From contig OX597817.1 of the NCBI GenBank assembly GCA_951406725.2, positions 64,976,001 to 65,040,000 on the forward strand: DNA of 64,000 nucleotides. Reading direction: 5' to 3'. Below, in pieces: positions 12,558 to 27,892 of the stretch. Each line of letters begins with the position of its first letter. Position 1 is the first letter of the stretch. Below the pieces are notes generated by a model. The model made no database searches, was not told the DNA's origin, and worked only from the letters and a program-made list of their open reading frames with translations. A program made the position numbers and the translations under genes. Origin of the DNA: Octopus vulgaris. Lineage: Eukaryota.

Positions 12558-12698
12558 AGCTCTACGAAGCCTTCAAATTGTTTAAAAGTCGGAAAGACAA
12601 GATGTCGGTTTTAGACATTGGCGAATTTCTTCGTTGTATCGGATGGAATCCATCAGAATCAGATTTGGAGGAAGCTATGAATGAACTAGAAATTAATG
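12558..12698 (+). CDS. Calmodulin/MLC-like protein, coding exon 2 (ELYEAFKLFKSRKDKMSVLDIGEFLRCIGWNPSESDLEEAMNELEING)
   Basis: Polypyrimidine tract plus TTGCAG acceptor, 141 nt open, donor G|GTTTGT, phase 1-1. Aligns to calmodulin EFKEAFSLF...[21 protein letters not shown]. Absent from the ORF track. Confidence 0.9.
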
Positions 12699-12751
12699 GT
12701 TTGTATTTTGAATTATTACCGAAAAAATATTAATAATGATAACAATAATAA

Positions 12752-12955
12752 TCCTTTCTATTATAGACACAAGGCCTGGATTTTGTGGGGAAATGGACAG
12801 TCGATCACAGTACTCAACTCGTACTTAATTTATCGACCTCGAAATGATGAAAGGCAAAGTCGACCTCGGCGGGATTTGAACTCAGAACATAACAACGGGC
12901 AAAATACTGCTAAGCATTTCGCCTGGCGTGTTAACGATTCTGCCAGCTCGTCACC
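12752..12955 (-). mobile_element. SINE family A, full length, antisense, about 50 bp after exon 2
   Basis: Reverse complement of the family consensus (...gatgaaaggcaaagtcgacctcggcgggatttgaactcag...aacgattctgccagctcgtcacc). Confidence 0.85.
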
Positions 12956-13400
12956 TCAATAATTATAACAACAACAATAACAATAATAATGCAGTATCAG
13001 GCACTTGCTTCCATGGCTTCTGATCTTAACTGATTGGAGGTGTTATCATGTGCATGTTTTGTCTTCGTATAAAAGGTGAGCTACAGCAAATATTCTGCTC
13101 AATACCACATATTTGCTTGTCACTTGTTTGACCATAACCAGTCGAGCATATCTCTTGGTGGCTGATGATATGTGCATCTCTGATCACAAGCAGAAGTAGT
13201 GGGGGAGCATCATAGCCACATGTTGGGAGGAATTTTTTGGCGTTTGAATAATACACCCCTGGAAACTTGGGTGTTTTGTCCAACATCCTTAAACAACCAT
13301 TATTCAGGGACCTTTTGAGCGGGATGGGCTACTCGACCTGAAGAAATTTCTAACTGGGTCCCATCTGCACGGTCATGCACTGTTTATCTTGATATGAGAT

Positions 13401-13545
13401 CTGAGTTTAAATTCCGTCTACATCAACTTTGCCTTCCATCCTATCGGGGTCGATAAATTAAGTACCAGTCAAATACTAGGGTATATGTAATCGAGTAAAC
13501 CTCTTGCTTAAAATTGCTGGCATTGAACAGCAATTAGAAAGGATT
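13401..13545 (+). mobile_element. SINE family A, 5'-truncated, with (TTA)n tail
   Basis: ctgagtttaaattcc...ctttgccttccatcctatcggggtcgataaattaagtaccag...aaattgctggc. Confidence 0.75.
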
Positions 13546-13558
13546 ATTATTTTTGTTC

Positions 13559-13635
<77 letters not shown>

Positions 13636-13970
13636 TCTTTTCATTTGGCTAAGTTTTTTCATTATACTCACTCCTTGATTGCTGTTGTCCTGTTTTATTT
13701 TCCTACGTGTTTTCCACGGCGTGATTTACTTGTCTAACTTCATATATTGTTTATTTGTCTCCTTCTTCATCTTCGTTTTACTTTACCTATACAAACACAT
13801 ACGCAACGTACATTTTTTGTGTGTGTGTGTGTGTTTCTGTGCGTGTGTGTGTATGTGTGTGTGTATTCGTGCGTGCGTGTGTGCGCGGTTTGACTGTGTG
13901 CGTGTGTACGTACATGTGCCTCTTCGCGTGTGTAAGTATATTCGCGTCACATGATTCGTTCTAATGTTCC

Positions 13971-14001
<31 letters not shown>

Positions 14002-14970
14002 TGTATGTATGTATGTATGTATGTATGTATGTATGTATGTATGAATGCATGCATGCATGCAAGTATGTATGTATGTACGTATGTATGTATGTATGTATGT
14101 ATGTATGTATGTATGTATGTATGTATGTATGTATGTATGTATGTACGTATGTATGTATGTGTGTACGTATGTATGTGTATCTGTATGTATGTATGTATGT
14201 ATGTATGTATGTGTGAGTTCATGTTACGCGATAAGATTATGTCATTGTCACCTTGGGAGCTACCTTTAAGTGAAATACTTTGTATTAGTCACGTTTTTCA
14301 ATCTGATAGCAAGTTGATTTTATACATATATATCAATTGTGGAACATATACTGCTAGTGCAGAGCATTAACGCTTCACTTTTAGATGCGTTACAATATTT
14401 GCAGTTTTCCCATTCATTATCCGCGTTTGTTTTATAATAATACATATAGTCACGTTTCTTGTGATAAATGTACTTATTCAACAACATGTTAAATAACGAG
14501 TTGTGGATTTTATCTTAGTTATCAAAACTGTCCCTTGTATATTGACATTTAAAAAATGGATAGGTGTAAAACAGCTAAGATTACACACAAATGATAAAAG
14601 GAAAACAAACATCGTTTTATTGATTCCAGTAATAGGACTGTGGCCATTCTGGGACTCTGCCTTCTAGAGTATTGTCGATTACAACCAGTACTCGCTTGAT
14701 AAGACTTGTATTTATTTGATTTGTCGACGTTGGAATGATGAATATCATGGCAGAATTCGACGGGATTTGAACTCAAATGTATAGAGTCATAACAAATTCC
14801 AGAAGTAAATGAGAGTGTTTTTGTGATCATCCGACCTGCTTGAAATACGTAGCAGACAAATCTCTCTGAAATCACTCCCTGTCATCATCATCATCGTCGT
14901 CGTCGTCGTCGCCGCCGTCTTTGTACCTCTACCACAACTACCACCTCAATACAGTCAATATAATGTTATT

Positions 14971-15250
14971 TACCCCATATCACTATCAAATGCTACCATG
15001 AAAATGAGGACGTCTCTACGTATAGAAAGAATATCCAAATCTCTTTCAAATTACTCCGCTCCTGTTAGATAATGAAATCCTTCATAGATATATAATATGA
15101 TATTATGTACCCCATATCACCGCTAAATACACCATGAAAATGAGGTTATCTCTACGTAGCCTATAGAAATAACCAAATTTCCTTCAAATTACTCCGCTAC
15201 TGTTTTAAATAAATAAGGGAAAGACATGCTAGATAACGAAATTCCTATAT
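14971..15250. repeat. Diverged local duplication, about 137-bp period
   Basis: taccccatatcac...ccatgaaaatgagg...tctctacgta...ttcaaattactccgct occurs at 14971 and again at 15108. Confidence 0.8.
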
Positions 15251-18200
15251 ATATAAGCCAGCAACAGCATGCTGAGGCTTCATCTGGCAGTAGATCACTC
15301 ATCTGGTTGAGTGCAATGGAGTCTAACATGTTCCTAAAAAGACAGGATGGTCAAGGATGGCATGCTTTTGGCCATAGATCTGCTCGGTACGGATTGACGA
15401 GGGGTTTAAGCTACAACGTCGACGACGACGACGACAACATCGTTACTGAAATATTAGATTATCTCACATTCTCCACACTGGCCTACACATATCGATCTCT
15501 ACATACGTCAGAGATAGTATTTACGTCAAGAGCCAACAATTAAGAATTTTTCACCAAACGAAAACACCATTATGGTTATATTTATCGGAATATCTATTAC
15601 AGTACTTACTTTAATTATAATTAAAAATCGGTATTTTATGATGTTAGAAATCATTATTATCATCGTTATCATGATGATGATGATCATCATCATCACCATC
15701 ATCGTAGTCGCCACCACCACCACCACCACCACCACCACCACCATTATCATTATCACGAATCTCCTACTTCCATTTTATTTAAATTCCGGGCCTTCGTCCT
15801 TGTAGTAATATTTCCAATTTTTGATATTTGGATAGATAAAGAAATGCTTACCCGAGGTCACTTCCCTCAATATTTCTGACTTTGTGCCTAAATTAGAAAT
15901 CACTATTTAAAAATAGTGTACAGTCTCACATAAATAGTATAGTAAGTTGAAAATCTGTCGGAGGATATCATCTATAGAATTTATAGTCACAACATTCATC
16001 TGGGAGTTTTGAGAAAAAAAATCGGAAAAAGATAAACAAGTGACACAACCCATTAAAATCAGTTAATTGAAATTTTAGAAAAGGTAGAACATTGCAGTAT
16101 AGAACTTATGATTTAGTTCCAGCCCTTTACATTTTGGTTTCATATCTCAACTAGGTTAACTTTACCTGTCATCCTTCCGAGATCGATAACATCAAGTACC
16201 AGTCAAATATTAGGGTCGATTTTATCAATTAAGACCTTCTCACCGAATTAGTGGTTTTGTGTCCATTTTAGAAATTATTATTTCGGGAGGTAGATTTTCA
16301 GAATCGTCAAAGCGTCGGAGAAAATACTCTGTGGTATTTATTCCGGTTCTTTATGTCATGACTTCAATTCCTACAGAGGTCAACTTTGACTTTTCCACCT
16401 CTGGGATCGTTAAAATAAAGTACTAGTCAAATACAGGGATTGATGGTATCTGCCTCTCCTCAAATTATCATTAATCAATTCGTTTTGCGAGATTCCTGAC
16501 ATGAAAGCGTGTGTTGAAACAGACATTGTTGTATTTCGGGATGAACATTTTTTTTCCAAAGCAACACTCGCACTATATATTTTTTCTTCACTCGTTTATT
16601 AGTGTTCTTATTTTCCGGAAACGAAATGTTCTCATTGTCCGGAAACAGAATGGAGTGAGTGGAGCAAGAACACACACGAAAACGAAAAGTGTCGCTGAAG
16701 AGGTCACGGATGTGTGACGAAAGATTTCCGGACAATGGATATGAGTTAAGATAATAAAATAAGAACAATAATAAACAGGTGAAGAAAAAATATATAGTGC
16801 GTGGGTTTATTTCGTAAAAAGAAAAAATGACCGTCCCGAAATAGAACAATTATCATTAATTTATATATGGTATTCATTATTATTAATTCCAGTTTTTTTT
16901 GTTCTGAGTTTGAATTCCGCTGTGGCCACAGCTGGTCTCGCTTTTCATTCTTTCGAGGTTAACAAACTAGCAGTGAAACTCTTGGGTTGATTTAATCGAC
17001 TCTCCTTCGAAATTTTTGGTCATTGTCAATGACAAAAAATAAAAATCATTATTTGATATCTTCTGCCATATTTTGTGTCTCTAATTTCCAGATCCCTGTT
17101 TATTTTTTTGGTGGTTTCTTTTTGATAGTATTTATTGTCAAAATATCTTGTGTATGAAGAGCTCAACTTTTTGTTCCTGTTCAAAATATCCAGTTTTGTA
17201 TTTAAAACTCAGAATTATCTCAAAAACTTGAAACCTTGTTGGTTCACAATTTGCAATCTTTACGCCGTTTATCACAAATCTCTTGATTAATGATTCTTGG
17301 CAGCCAGACACTAGTTTTATGCTGCTCTTAAAAGATCTTCAATTTCAGCTATTCTCTTTGAACATCAACAATCCCTCCCTCCTTGTTTTTTTTTCCTGCT
17401 GTCTACATAACATTTTTCTCCTATAATCTTATTTCTTTGTTTACCTCAAGGATGCGACCTTTTCTCTTCGCTACTCTTTTATACTTAGCGCATTGAAAAG
17501 AGGAAGTACATTCTGTTATAATTCTCATGTTCAACAGCCTTTTGTATCATTTACATCTATTGTGTTCTTTATGCATATATATCAGTACTAATTGGTAATT
17601 CAAAATACAAGGGTTGGTCAACAAGGGAAAATCCTATGATTATTAACTGGTTGAGAGAGAGAAGAGGATGAAAAGAAAGAATGATATGATTATGATAATA
17701 GATATGAAGGAGGAGGTGGGAGAGGGAAAGTAGAAGTAGAATCTGTCCTTTATGTTTGTTACAACATAAGGTGCGTAGGTGGTAAAATGTAGGAAATTTA
17801 ATACCAAGACTAAGACATAAGGATATAGGATTTGGCTCTGCAGTTTTAGCACCGTTGAAACTCATACACACATGCACACACTCATACATATACATATATA
17901 TTTGTATGTGTGTGTCTATGTCGATGTATGTGTATATATGTCTCTTTGTATGTATGTGTATATGTCTCTTTCTCACACACACATACACACACCAAAGTTC
18001 CACGATAATCAATTGTATCCGTTCGGATCTGGGACAGCTCGTAAATATAGGGATGTGGAGAAAGTTAAAGTCAATTCTGCAACGCATTCCGGGAAAAAAT
18101 TATTCTTGTGTTGTTTCAACGAATCATGGTAGTATTGGTTATTTAAGCCTGCAAAGTATTGTGAAACTGCGTTAGTTTCGCCTGGCAGGTCATATTTTTC

Positions 18201-18391
18201 GTCTACTCGTTGCATAGCATGCGAAGATTGCAGTGATATGGACACCAGAAAAAGGAAAACGGAAAAATGGCTTACGCTAACAATATCTGGCGCACAAAGA
18301 CCACGACCACCATAAAGACCCCTTACCATCACAATACCATTATCACCATAATCACCAACGACGATGACGACGACAATGACAACACCATTAC

Positions 18392-18431
<40 letters not shown>

Positions 18432-19933
18432 GTCATCATCGTCATCATCATCATCATCACGCCCTTCACTCCCATTGATATAACCACCAATATTTTTCTT
18501 ATCATCAATAGCAACAGCGCCACGACCACCATAATCACTATTGCCACTCTCACCATTTATATCTATTGGGATCGAAATGTCTATAAACAGACATTGTTCT
18601 TCTAATTTATTATACGCAAGCACCGAAAAACATACACACATACGTACGTACACCCACTACACCTACATACTATATAAAGAAAGAGAGAGAACACGGGGGA
18701 AAAAGCAGAAAGGTTTTGTATGTGCGTGTTTCTTTTTGGGGAGAGAAATATTAGAGACGTTTATTGCAGAATAGAACGACAATATGGTCAGTTGAAGGAT
18801 GACGTCAAATCGCCTGATGATGTGTCGGCAGTGTTTTCAGAGTAGTCGCCATTGGCGGCATGTTAGTCTCGTATCTAGGATATTTTCATCTCAATCGAGG
18901 TTCACCCTTTTCCATTACCTCCTCGTTCTACTCATTGTTCAGTTTTATATGCGGAGTGGCAAGTTCAATGAAATACCAAGTAGGTAACAAGAGTTTCTGT
19001 CTTGTGATGAACGCCAACATAAATCTCTTGACTTCCCCCACGTCATCTGCTGAAAATTGGGTGATGCAGACGATTTCTCCTGCTGCATTGTTAAAAATCA
19101 CAGCACTGTGTAAGAAGGGAAGGAAAGGAGACAACAATTGCAGATAACACTGCATATATATTAATATACTGAAAATAAAATGAGAAAATTTCACCGACAA
19201 AATATATCAATCGGTTGTATGTATGTGTGTTTGTGTGTGAGTTGTGTGTGTACATGTATGTACGTATATATAGAGAGAGATGTATACACACATACATATA
19301 TACATATACGTGTGCTTGTGAGAGAGACACACACACACATACAATGAGAAAGAGAGTGACCGAGTGAAATACAGTTATATAATTTGCGATGGTATCACAA
19401 TATTCTGAAAGAAAAACCTATTTAGATTCCAAAGGGAAAGATGACGTAAAAGAAATAGAACACAATATAAAAATATTCCTTGAACTTCATTTAATTGTTT
19501 TTCTTTTATCGTTTACCACGGATAAAATTTAGCGAATGAAAAATGAGAAGTCTTTCTGGCACCTTCTTAATATTATTCCATTTTTTCCCCTTTACTCATC
19601 ATATTATATTTTCTTAAACTTCTCACTAATAACCGATCAATATTTTATGTCTCACTGATGTCTCACCAATATGTCTCATTGATATTTCATCATCGTTACA
19701 CTGGTGTCTTACTCACAAATGTCTTGCTCACATGTCCACGTCACTTATACACTCATGACATGCATGTTTTAATTTCTTTCACTGTTTTGTAAAAAGTGAA
19801 AAAGAAAAAGTCCCTGAAGAAAAGAAGGCAATTAACTTAGGTTACCTCTATGCCTGCTATTCATAGATGTAAAATAATATATAAGATAATATGTATCATA
19901 TATAATACATATATGTTACATAGGATATATAAG

Positions 19934-19973
<40 letters not shown>

Positions 19974-20020
19974 ATGTGTGTGTGTGTGTGTGTATTGTCG
20001 AATGAAACTGCTATTAAATA

Positions 20021-20119
<99 letters not shown>

Positions 20120-20220
20120 GTTATTTAATAGCAGTTTGATTCGGCTCCATGCAACTTAAATTTTTGTAAGGTCGTCAAACGAATTTATCTCGTCAGGCAC
20201 GTAGAAACCGAATATTTTAT

Positions 20221-20311
<91 letters not shown>

Positions 20312-21606
20312 CTCTCTCACATACACACTCATGCGTATGTATGTTATACATACTTATATATATGTGCGTCGGTGTATTATATATATAAATATATGTATAG
20401 TTATATATAAAACTAGTCAACTACTGAATGAAAAGATTACTCAAGATATACTGTAGAATATTACATCCATATTTAGACCCAAAAAATAAATTGACAAGGA
20501 CTCTAAAGTTTCACTGTTGTAGGTTTGTCAAAGTCACTGTCAGTCTTTTCCGATATATATATATATATACACACGCAAAATATAGGTACATAAATGCGAT
20601 TGTCTGTGTATGCAGCAGTAGCAGCAGCTACCCTGATGTGAAAGTAATACACCATTGTGAGCCTCATTTGAGCTTTGTGGAGTACTGTTGGGGGTGGGTT
20701 GGGGGCTGGAGAATCTTCTAGCCCTGAAAAGAATGGCTAGTCCTTTGGATGCGATCCTAACTATGTAAAGTAAGCGCTTTCGCCAGGATAGACCCTAGGT
20801 AAAGAAAACTAGCAGAAACGACACTATAGACCCGATCCCTAGGACGGTTGTTTTTTATCCTACACATCACCAAATCTATATTTATGTACAATATTTTGTT
20901 TGTTACCATAGGTGTTCTCTCTGGCGTAAATAGCAATGTATAGAACGAATTGTTCAGATAAGATTTGTTATTTAGTTTTATGAGGGCTTGCATATTTAAT
21001 ATGAGAAAACATTGAATAGAATAATAGTACATCAGGAGATAGCAATGATTGTTAATCGATGGATAATGGATGTAAGTGAAGATCTGATTAACACAAGGCT
21101 ATTAATAGAAGCAGTAATCATTAATAGATGAGCTTTAATAAAAACATAATAGCAGGAGCGCAATGCTATTAAAACCAAACGACGTACATAGGAAACAGAA
21201 TAAACTTCAGATGGACGATTTCTGAGAAAAGTTTTTTTTGGTTCTTTTTAGGTAAATAAATAAATAAACAAAAAATGAGACTGAAAAATTCCGATATAAA
21301 AAATAGAATACTGAAATATTTGCAAATTTCTAGATAGAGATACGCATACATAAAACTGTTTTACATGAGTTATGTGAAGATATTTGTTTGGAATATTTTA
21401 GATACGAAAACGATTTATTTCTCTATTAAAAAGTGATTCAAAATGCCAGTAGGTAAAAAACAACGACAAATAAACATTAAGTTAAAAATGGTGTAGGAAG
21501 AAAATGTATTTATTTTATGTCAAATGTACGCCTGTCTGCACCTTTCATTGCACAAGAATACATACATACACATACGCGAACACGCATATATGTACACATA
21601 CATGTA

Positions 21607-21659
<53 letters not shown>

Positions 21660-22734
21660 ATATTTATATATATTCATTTATTGCGAGGAAACCTCTGAAG
21701 TAGAATTGACATTTTGTTTGTTAAAGGAACGACGTGCTTGCTGCCAATCCAGCAATGAGAATCGACAGATAAAAATACTTTATGTCAAAGATACTAAGAT
21801 ATGGAAATTCCCCAACATATTTTATTGTTACAGAAGAAAAAAAAAAAATGCAAGAAAAAATCCTGAAGCTAAATGACACGTTCTGCTCGAGGTGAATATG
21901 TCAATTGATAAGGGAATGTTCCATAAAGAGAGAAGAATAAAAATAGATAAAGCTTTCAGAGCTTGATGGAAGTTCTGGTGGTGGTGGTGGTGGTGGCGTT
22001 GTTGTCGGCGGTGGTGAGGGGAAACCTATGACGTAAGCGATTTGCCTTGCAAGAAAGTTTCTATAATATTGTATGTGCGTGTGTGCGTGAGTGTGGGAGT
22101 TTCTGAGTTGGTGTGATTGAAGAACGGGGAAAAATAAGATGTGTGTGCGTGTGCGCACGCGTGTGCGCGCGCGTGTGCGTGAGTGTGAGAGAGACGGATG
22201 GAGATAGAAATACAAGATGGTTGGTGTTAGAGGTTCGAAAATATCTTCCTTTCTCCCTAGTCATTCGTTATTCCTATTTTGTATTACCATATTTTTTTTT
22301 ATGAATCATAATAGCCACTCCAACTATTACCATAATTCTTCATGTTCTTACTTTTTTCATATTAATTTTTACTCTTTTAAATCATAAATCTACCGTTTTA
22401 ACCGTTTAACATCACGACCACCTCTACCTTCACCACCACCACCACCATCACTAACGTTACAGCCATCATTAGCACTACCATCTCCATCATAATTGTCCAC
22501 GTCTTCATCACCTCCTCCCAATTTTGGATGTCATTCTTCCGAGGTCGATGGCATAAGTATTTGACAGTGGTGTCAATATAATCAGCTATACCATACCTCT
22601 AACATGAGGTCACTGACCTGTGCGCCTGGCTTAGAAAAAAACATTTATATTATTTTATAGCCTTTTTATGGTCTTTCTTCAATATATTTGTCCTCATTCA
22701 ATCAGAATTTTGTTGAAATTTTCCATTGGTCTAT

Positions 22735-22769
<35 letters not shown>

Positions 22770-22899
22770 TACTGTCGTTGTTTTCATCGTCATCAGCCGA
22801 CGCGGGCACCACCGCCGCCGCCGCCACTGCCATTGTCGTGGTTACTGCTGTTGTTTTGAGCTTCCCGTATTACATCCTGTACGGCCAAGATTAGACCAT

Positions 22900-23530
22900 G
22901 GGCCTGAGCTACAATAAGGAAGATATGATTTGGTTGATAATACTTTCTTTTAAATGTGGGCTGTTTCCAATAGGATGATTTTCTGAATTGTGCATATTCA
23001 TGTTGCCCAGGAAACGATGGGTGAAAACTTCCGATTACTTCTTTATGGTTTCTAGAGTCAAACATTAACCACAAGTATTATTTCAGTCATTATTCTCCGA
23101 ACAAAGATCTATCGGTCTCTTTACTTGGTCAACTTTTCTTTGACATCCACGGAGGTGTCCCTTTCGTATGGTGTTTCTATATCGATAAGTGTGCATTTCC
23201 AGTAATTTTTATCCTTGATAACAAAGTCGGGATCATTGTCTTTTATTTCTCTGACATATTTTAGACAGACCAAAAGGATTGTGATATTGTTGCTTCTAGG
23301 GTATTAATTTCGTTAGTGATTGTACCGCTTCTCAGTCGTCTTGATTTTATAACTCTTGCATAGTTTTCCGTGCAGGTACGCCACTGTCTTGTTATACCTG
23401 TGTGAGTTTTCATTCTTCCCCTGTTTCTGGCTTCCAGAGACAGTGTAGTTGTTACTTTCTTCATACTTTCCACAGAACCTGCATTGTAGGTCTGTGCCAT
23501 TCTTGGTGATGAGAAGGTGATACGATCTAG
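22900..23530 (-). mobile_element. R4/Dong-like non-LTR retrotransposon, decayed 3' end (CCHC plus restriction-like endonuclease)
   Basis: Minus-strand peptide pieces LQCRFCGKYEES..., YNKTVAYLHGKLCKSYKI...YNH, EIKDNDPDFVIKDKNYWKCTLIDIETP...KEKLTK* and IQKIILLETAHI match the C-terminal motifs of REL-type LINEs and the fragments at 43-45 kb. Confidence 0.75.
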
Positions 23531-23666
23531 TGTCGTGACTCTATAACTATTGGTGTACTTAACTATAACTATTGGTGTACTTTCAGTTTGTTCTATCTCT
23601 AGCATCCTTATTTTATATATATAATTCCTGTGTATAATCTTCTTTTTTCTTTCTTTCAATATCTAG

Positions 23667-23918
23667 GGAAAGGTGAAGTATATCTCTGGGACCTGGAACG
23701 TTACGTGGCCAGAAGAAGCGCCGACTGTGTGACAGGTCACGAGAGAACGGACCTGCTAGCTGCTTTCAACGTCTTAGACAAAACGGGATGCGGTAAAATT
23801 CGTATAAAAGATTTCCGTCGTTTCATGACGACTCTCGGGGACAAAATGGCTCCCGATGAAGTCGAAGAATTATTGAAAGAGGCGAAATCTGAAGATACAG
23901 ACTTTATTGAGGTCAAAG
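23667..23918 (+). CDS. Calmodulin/MLC-like protein, coding exon 3 (GKGEVYLWDLERY...AAFNVLDKTGCGKIRIKDFRRFMTTLGDKMAPDEVEELLKEAKSEDTDFIEVK)
   Basis: Pyrimidine tract plus CTAG acceptor, 252 nt, donor G|GTAAGT, phase 1-1. Aligns to calmodulin [42 protein letters not shown]. Confidence 0.93.
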
Positions 23919-24475
23919 GTAAGTTTTAATTCTTGTCATCATCATCATCATTATTATTATTATTGTTATTATTATTATTATTATACAAAATCAAGCATTA
24001 TTTAGTGCCAAACTTCGTAGTACACTATCTACGACCTGGCCACTGTCACATTTCCATTACAACCTGTGTATGTGGTCTTATCTTAGACCAGTTACAGAGG
24101 AACTGTCAATGCCTTGGTCACAGAGAGTGCGACGAAAATTTTGACATTCACTCTCAATTACTTTAGTTTTAATACACGGTCTCATATCAAATCACATTTA
24201 AAAACGAATAAATTGTTTGAGTTATCTACAGCCCAGAAGGAATAAGGAACGGGGTCATTTTAAGCATTAGATTATTAATTATAATAATTGAGATTGTTTT
24301 ATCAACAAGGTAGACTAGGACAACCAATCTACAACATCTGCACTCAGTCTGTTTATCTAAACAAATAAATAAAAGGAAATAAAAATAAACTTAAATTATT
24401 TATTTTGTTATTCAATGAAAATTCTCTCGATTTAATTAAGTTTCTTATTTCCACTTTAAACATTTCTTTTCTCAG

Positions 24476-24507
24476 ATTTATTGGAAGCAATGAGTCTATC
24501 GACCTGA
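24476..24507 (+). CDS. Calmodulin/MLC-like protein, terminal coding exon 4 (DLLEAMSLST*)
   Basis: Strong acceptor TTTCTTTTCTCAG. The phase-1 join gives D-LLEAMSLST-TGA, matching the length and pattern of calmodulin E-FVQMMTAK. Total CDS is 501 nt. Confidence 0.8.
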
Positions 24508-25106
24508 TTCCCTTCACTGGTTTCTTTGACTTGGTACTTCACCCTTTCCTGAACCTCTCCAGATTCGGATTATGGATATCTCTGTGAATGATGACGTCGA
24601 CATCTTTGTTTTTCCTAAAGAAAGCCGAACTCTACTTATTTATCTGTGTAATTATTAATGGTTTCCGAAGAACTGATAATCTAGCCTCTATTTTGTTGAT
24701 TTTGGATGAACAGATGATTTCTCTGTTGGATTTCGGGAACATGTGTGTAGGAAAAGAAAGAATGAATGAAAGAAAAGAAGAAAGAGAAAAGGAAGAAAGA
24801 GAGAAAGAAAGGAAACGAGAGAGAAAGAAAAAGAAAAGGAGAGAAATGCTAATTTTTTTTTGGGGTGGGGAAGAACTGTTGGCGGTGAATTTTGCGGCTC
24901 GCGATGAGATATGTTCTCGTTTTCCAAATTTCAAGTGACACTTACTTTCACACTCATCTGAGTGACACATACTGGAGTAAGACTTTATGAGGATTTTTTT
25001 TTAGTGATTCTTTATGAACATTTATATTAAATGACATCTACTTGGATGAACTCATGCACTTAAAAAAAGTACTTGAAGTTGGTGCTTAAAGATAAACCGG
25101 GATTAA

Positions 25107-25112
25107 AATAAA
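25107..25112 (+). promoter_or_regulatory. Candidate polyadenylation signal (AATAAA) of the EF-hand gene
   Basis: AATAAA about 600 nt after the stop codon, in unique sequence. The hexamer is common in AT-rich DNA, so this is weak. Confidence 0.25.
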
Positions 25113-25733
25113 CACTTCGCACTAGGTGAGGTTTAATCGAACATTTAACTTCGAATGGCATTTAATTATCAACATTTTCTCACGGTGATTATCAATCACA
25201 TCACATGACACATTTTTGAACATTTACATTCATTCAAGGGTACTGATTGGAACTTTTACATCGAGTGGCGCTTACACGAACGCTTGTATTGAATAACATT
25301 CAATCTAAGCAGCTAGCAAAGTGTAAGTGCCATCAAAGATTTAGAAAATGGGAAGGGGTCGAGGAACAATCCAATCAGATGGAGAACGCAATTTGTAGTT
25401 TGTCTTGCAGCAAATTTTGCAGTTTTACGGAAGATCTCTGCTAATTCTGCACCAAATCTTTTCTATTTACAAAATGCAACACATTTAATATATACTTGTT
25501 CTTCTTTCTTAATGATCGTACAACTATAAACCAATTGTGTTCATATATGAATTCTAACAACTCCAGCTTTAACAAATTTGTAATGTGTATGCGCGCGTGT
25601 GTGTGTATGTGAGTTTGTGTGTGTATGTATATATGTATGCGTATGCATATATATATATATATATATAGCATATATATATACATATATACACACATATGTG
25701 TGCGTATATGCATGTATGTATGTATATATACAT

Positions 25734-26012
<279 letters not shown>

Positions 26013-26677
26013 GCAAGAAATAACCAACAATGCAAAGCAATCCAGGGATAGAAAGAACTCGGAACTGAAATTTCAGAAATTGCAACTTTAAACTTCATGT
26101 TTTACGGTTCTCAAAGAGTAAAAGGAATGAATAAAACAATCCTATATGTACATATGAGATAAACAATTAAACAAATAATTGTTTTTTGTCGCCATTAACC
26201 GAAATATTGTCTGAAATATTCTGAACGCCAAACCGTCGAAAACCGGTTACTCGCGTAACATATTGATAAAATCAAAACAGTTTTGTATTGTTTCCGTGCA
26301 TTAAATAATTCGTTATTTTCGTTGTTCAAAAATCGAAACCAACATGGCTAGCAGGTGCATATCGGACAGTTTAGTATAATTCTGTCACACGCTCCAACTA
26401 TATTAAAAGGTTTTCCTCTTGTAAACTTGTTTATCTAACGATTTAAAGTTTTCTTTCATAAGATTGTTTGATTCATTTCTTTGAGAATTGGTAAAATATG
26501 GAAAAAATATACAAAGCAAAAAAAGAAAAAGCAAAACAACTAAGTGTGGCTATTTCTGATTTTTTTTTAGTTGTGTGTGTGTGAGTGTGCATGTCTGTGT
26601 ATGTATGTATGTATGTATGTATACACACACATATATATAAATGCACACAGACATACATACACACATATATGTATACA

Positions 26678-26750
<73 letters not shown>

Positions 26751-26924
26751 ATATATGTATATATATACAAACACACATGCACTTGTGCATGTGAGTGTTT
26801 ATTTAATAATTTAACTTCACTTACAATCTGCTATGGTGTTTTTTCATCCTGGTGTAGTCGTTGCTTTTCTAACGAAATATCACACACACTAACACACACA
26901 CAAACACATACACATATACATATA

Positions 26925-26968
<44 letters not shown>

Positions 26969-27818
26969 TACTCACACATATATATGTGTTTATCACTCTC
27001 TCTTTCTCTCTCTCTCCATATATATATACATATATATATAAACATATATATATATATATGTATATATATATATTATACATATATATGTATACATATCTTA
27101 TACATACATACGTACATACATACATACATACATACATACATACATACATAAATACATACATACATGTATACATACGTACATACATACACATGCATGCGTG
27201 GATAAAGGGAAAACTTGTGAAAATAAATAACATGTGAAAATAAAGTAATGATTATTCTCTTTAATATTGATATAAATTTCTATTCGATATATAAGTTGTA
27301 CAGTTAATCCCATTTAAAATTTGAATATTTATTCTAATACAAATTTTGTAGAGATCTTTAAAAATAACTTCAAATTTTCTAGCTTATTAATATTGGAATT
27401 TTTTTACATCTTTATAACTAACATTTTCTCATTTTAAAATATTAATTAAAATTTTTAATTTTTAGATATTCTGCTGAAATAGCTCGACATTAACTTTGTA
27501 ATGCCACTTTTTTCTCAGTTCTACCAAATACTATCCGTTGCTAACATATATTCTATTTCAAATTTAGGGACTTTACTTTCGTAACTTTACAAACCGCTAG
27601 AATAATTCTAAGAATCAAATGTAAACTAAACTTCATTATCATCTCCACCCCTACAAAATTGTTCAACAAACTTCCATCCATATTTATTTTCATCCCATTA
27701 TTTTCCCACCTTCTACCATATATTTAATACATTCCCCGTTTCGGTCTTTTGTATTTATTATTATTATTATTATTATAATTCTTCTACACCCATTAGATCT
27801 GCCCATGTTACATTTTAG

Positions 27819-27892
<74 letters not shown>

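Noticed and set aside
13026-13286. 86-aa minus-strand ORF of non-repetitive composition
   Set aside because: Non-ATG start, no recognisable domain, and sandwiched between SINEs; probably part of an unclassified interspersed repeat.
18800-18807. Perfect CRE palindrome TGACGTCA in intron 2
   Set aside because: One 8-mer in 64 kb is about chance expectation; there is no supporting context.
23261-23659. 132-aa minus-strand ORF adjacent to exon 3
   Set aside because: It is an off-frame reading of the decayed R4/Dong-like LINE fragment, not a gene.
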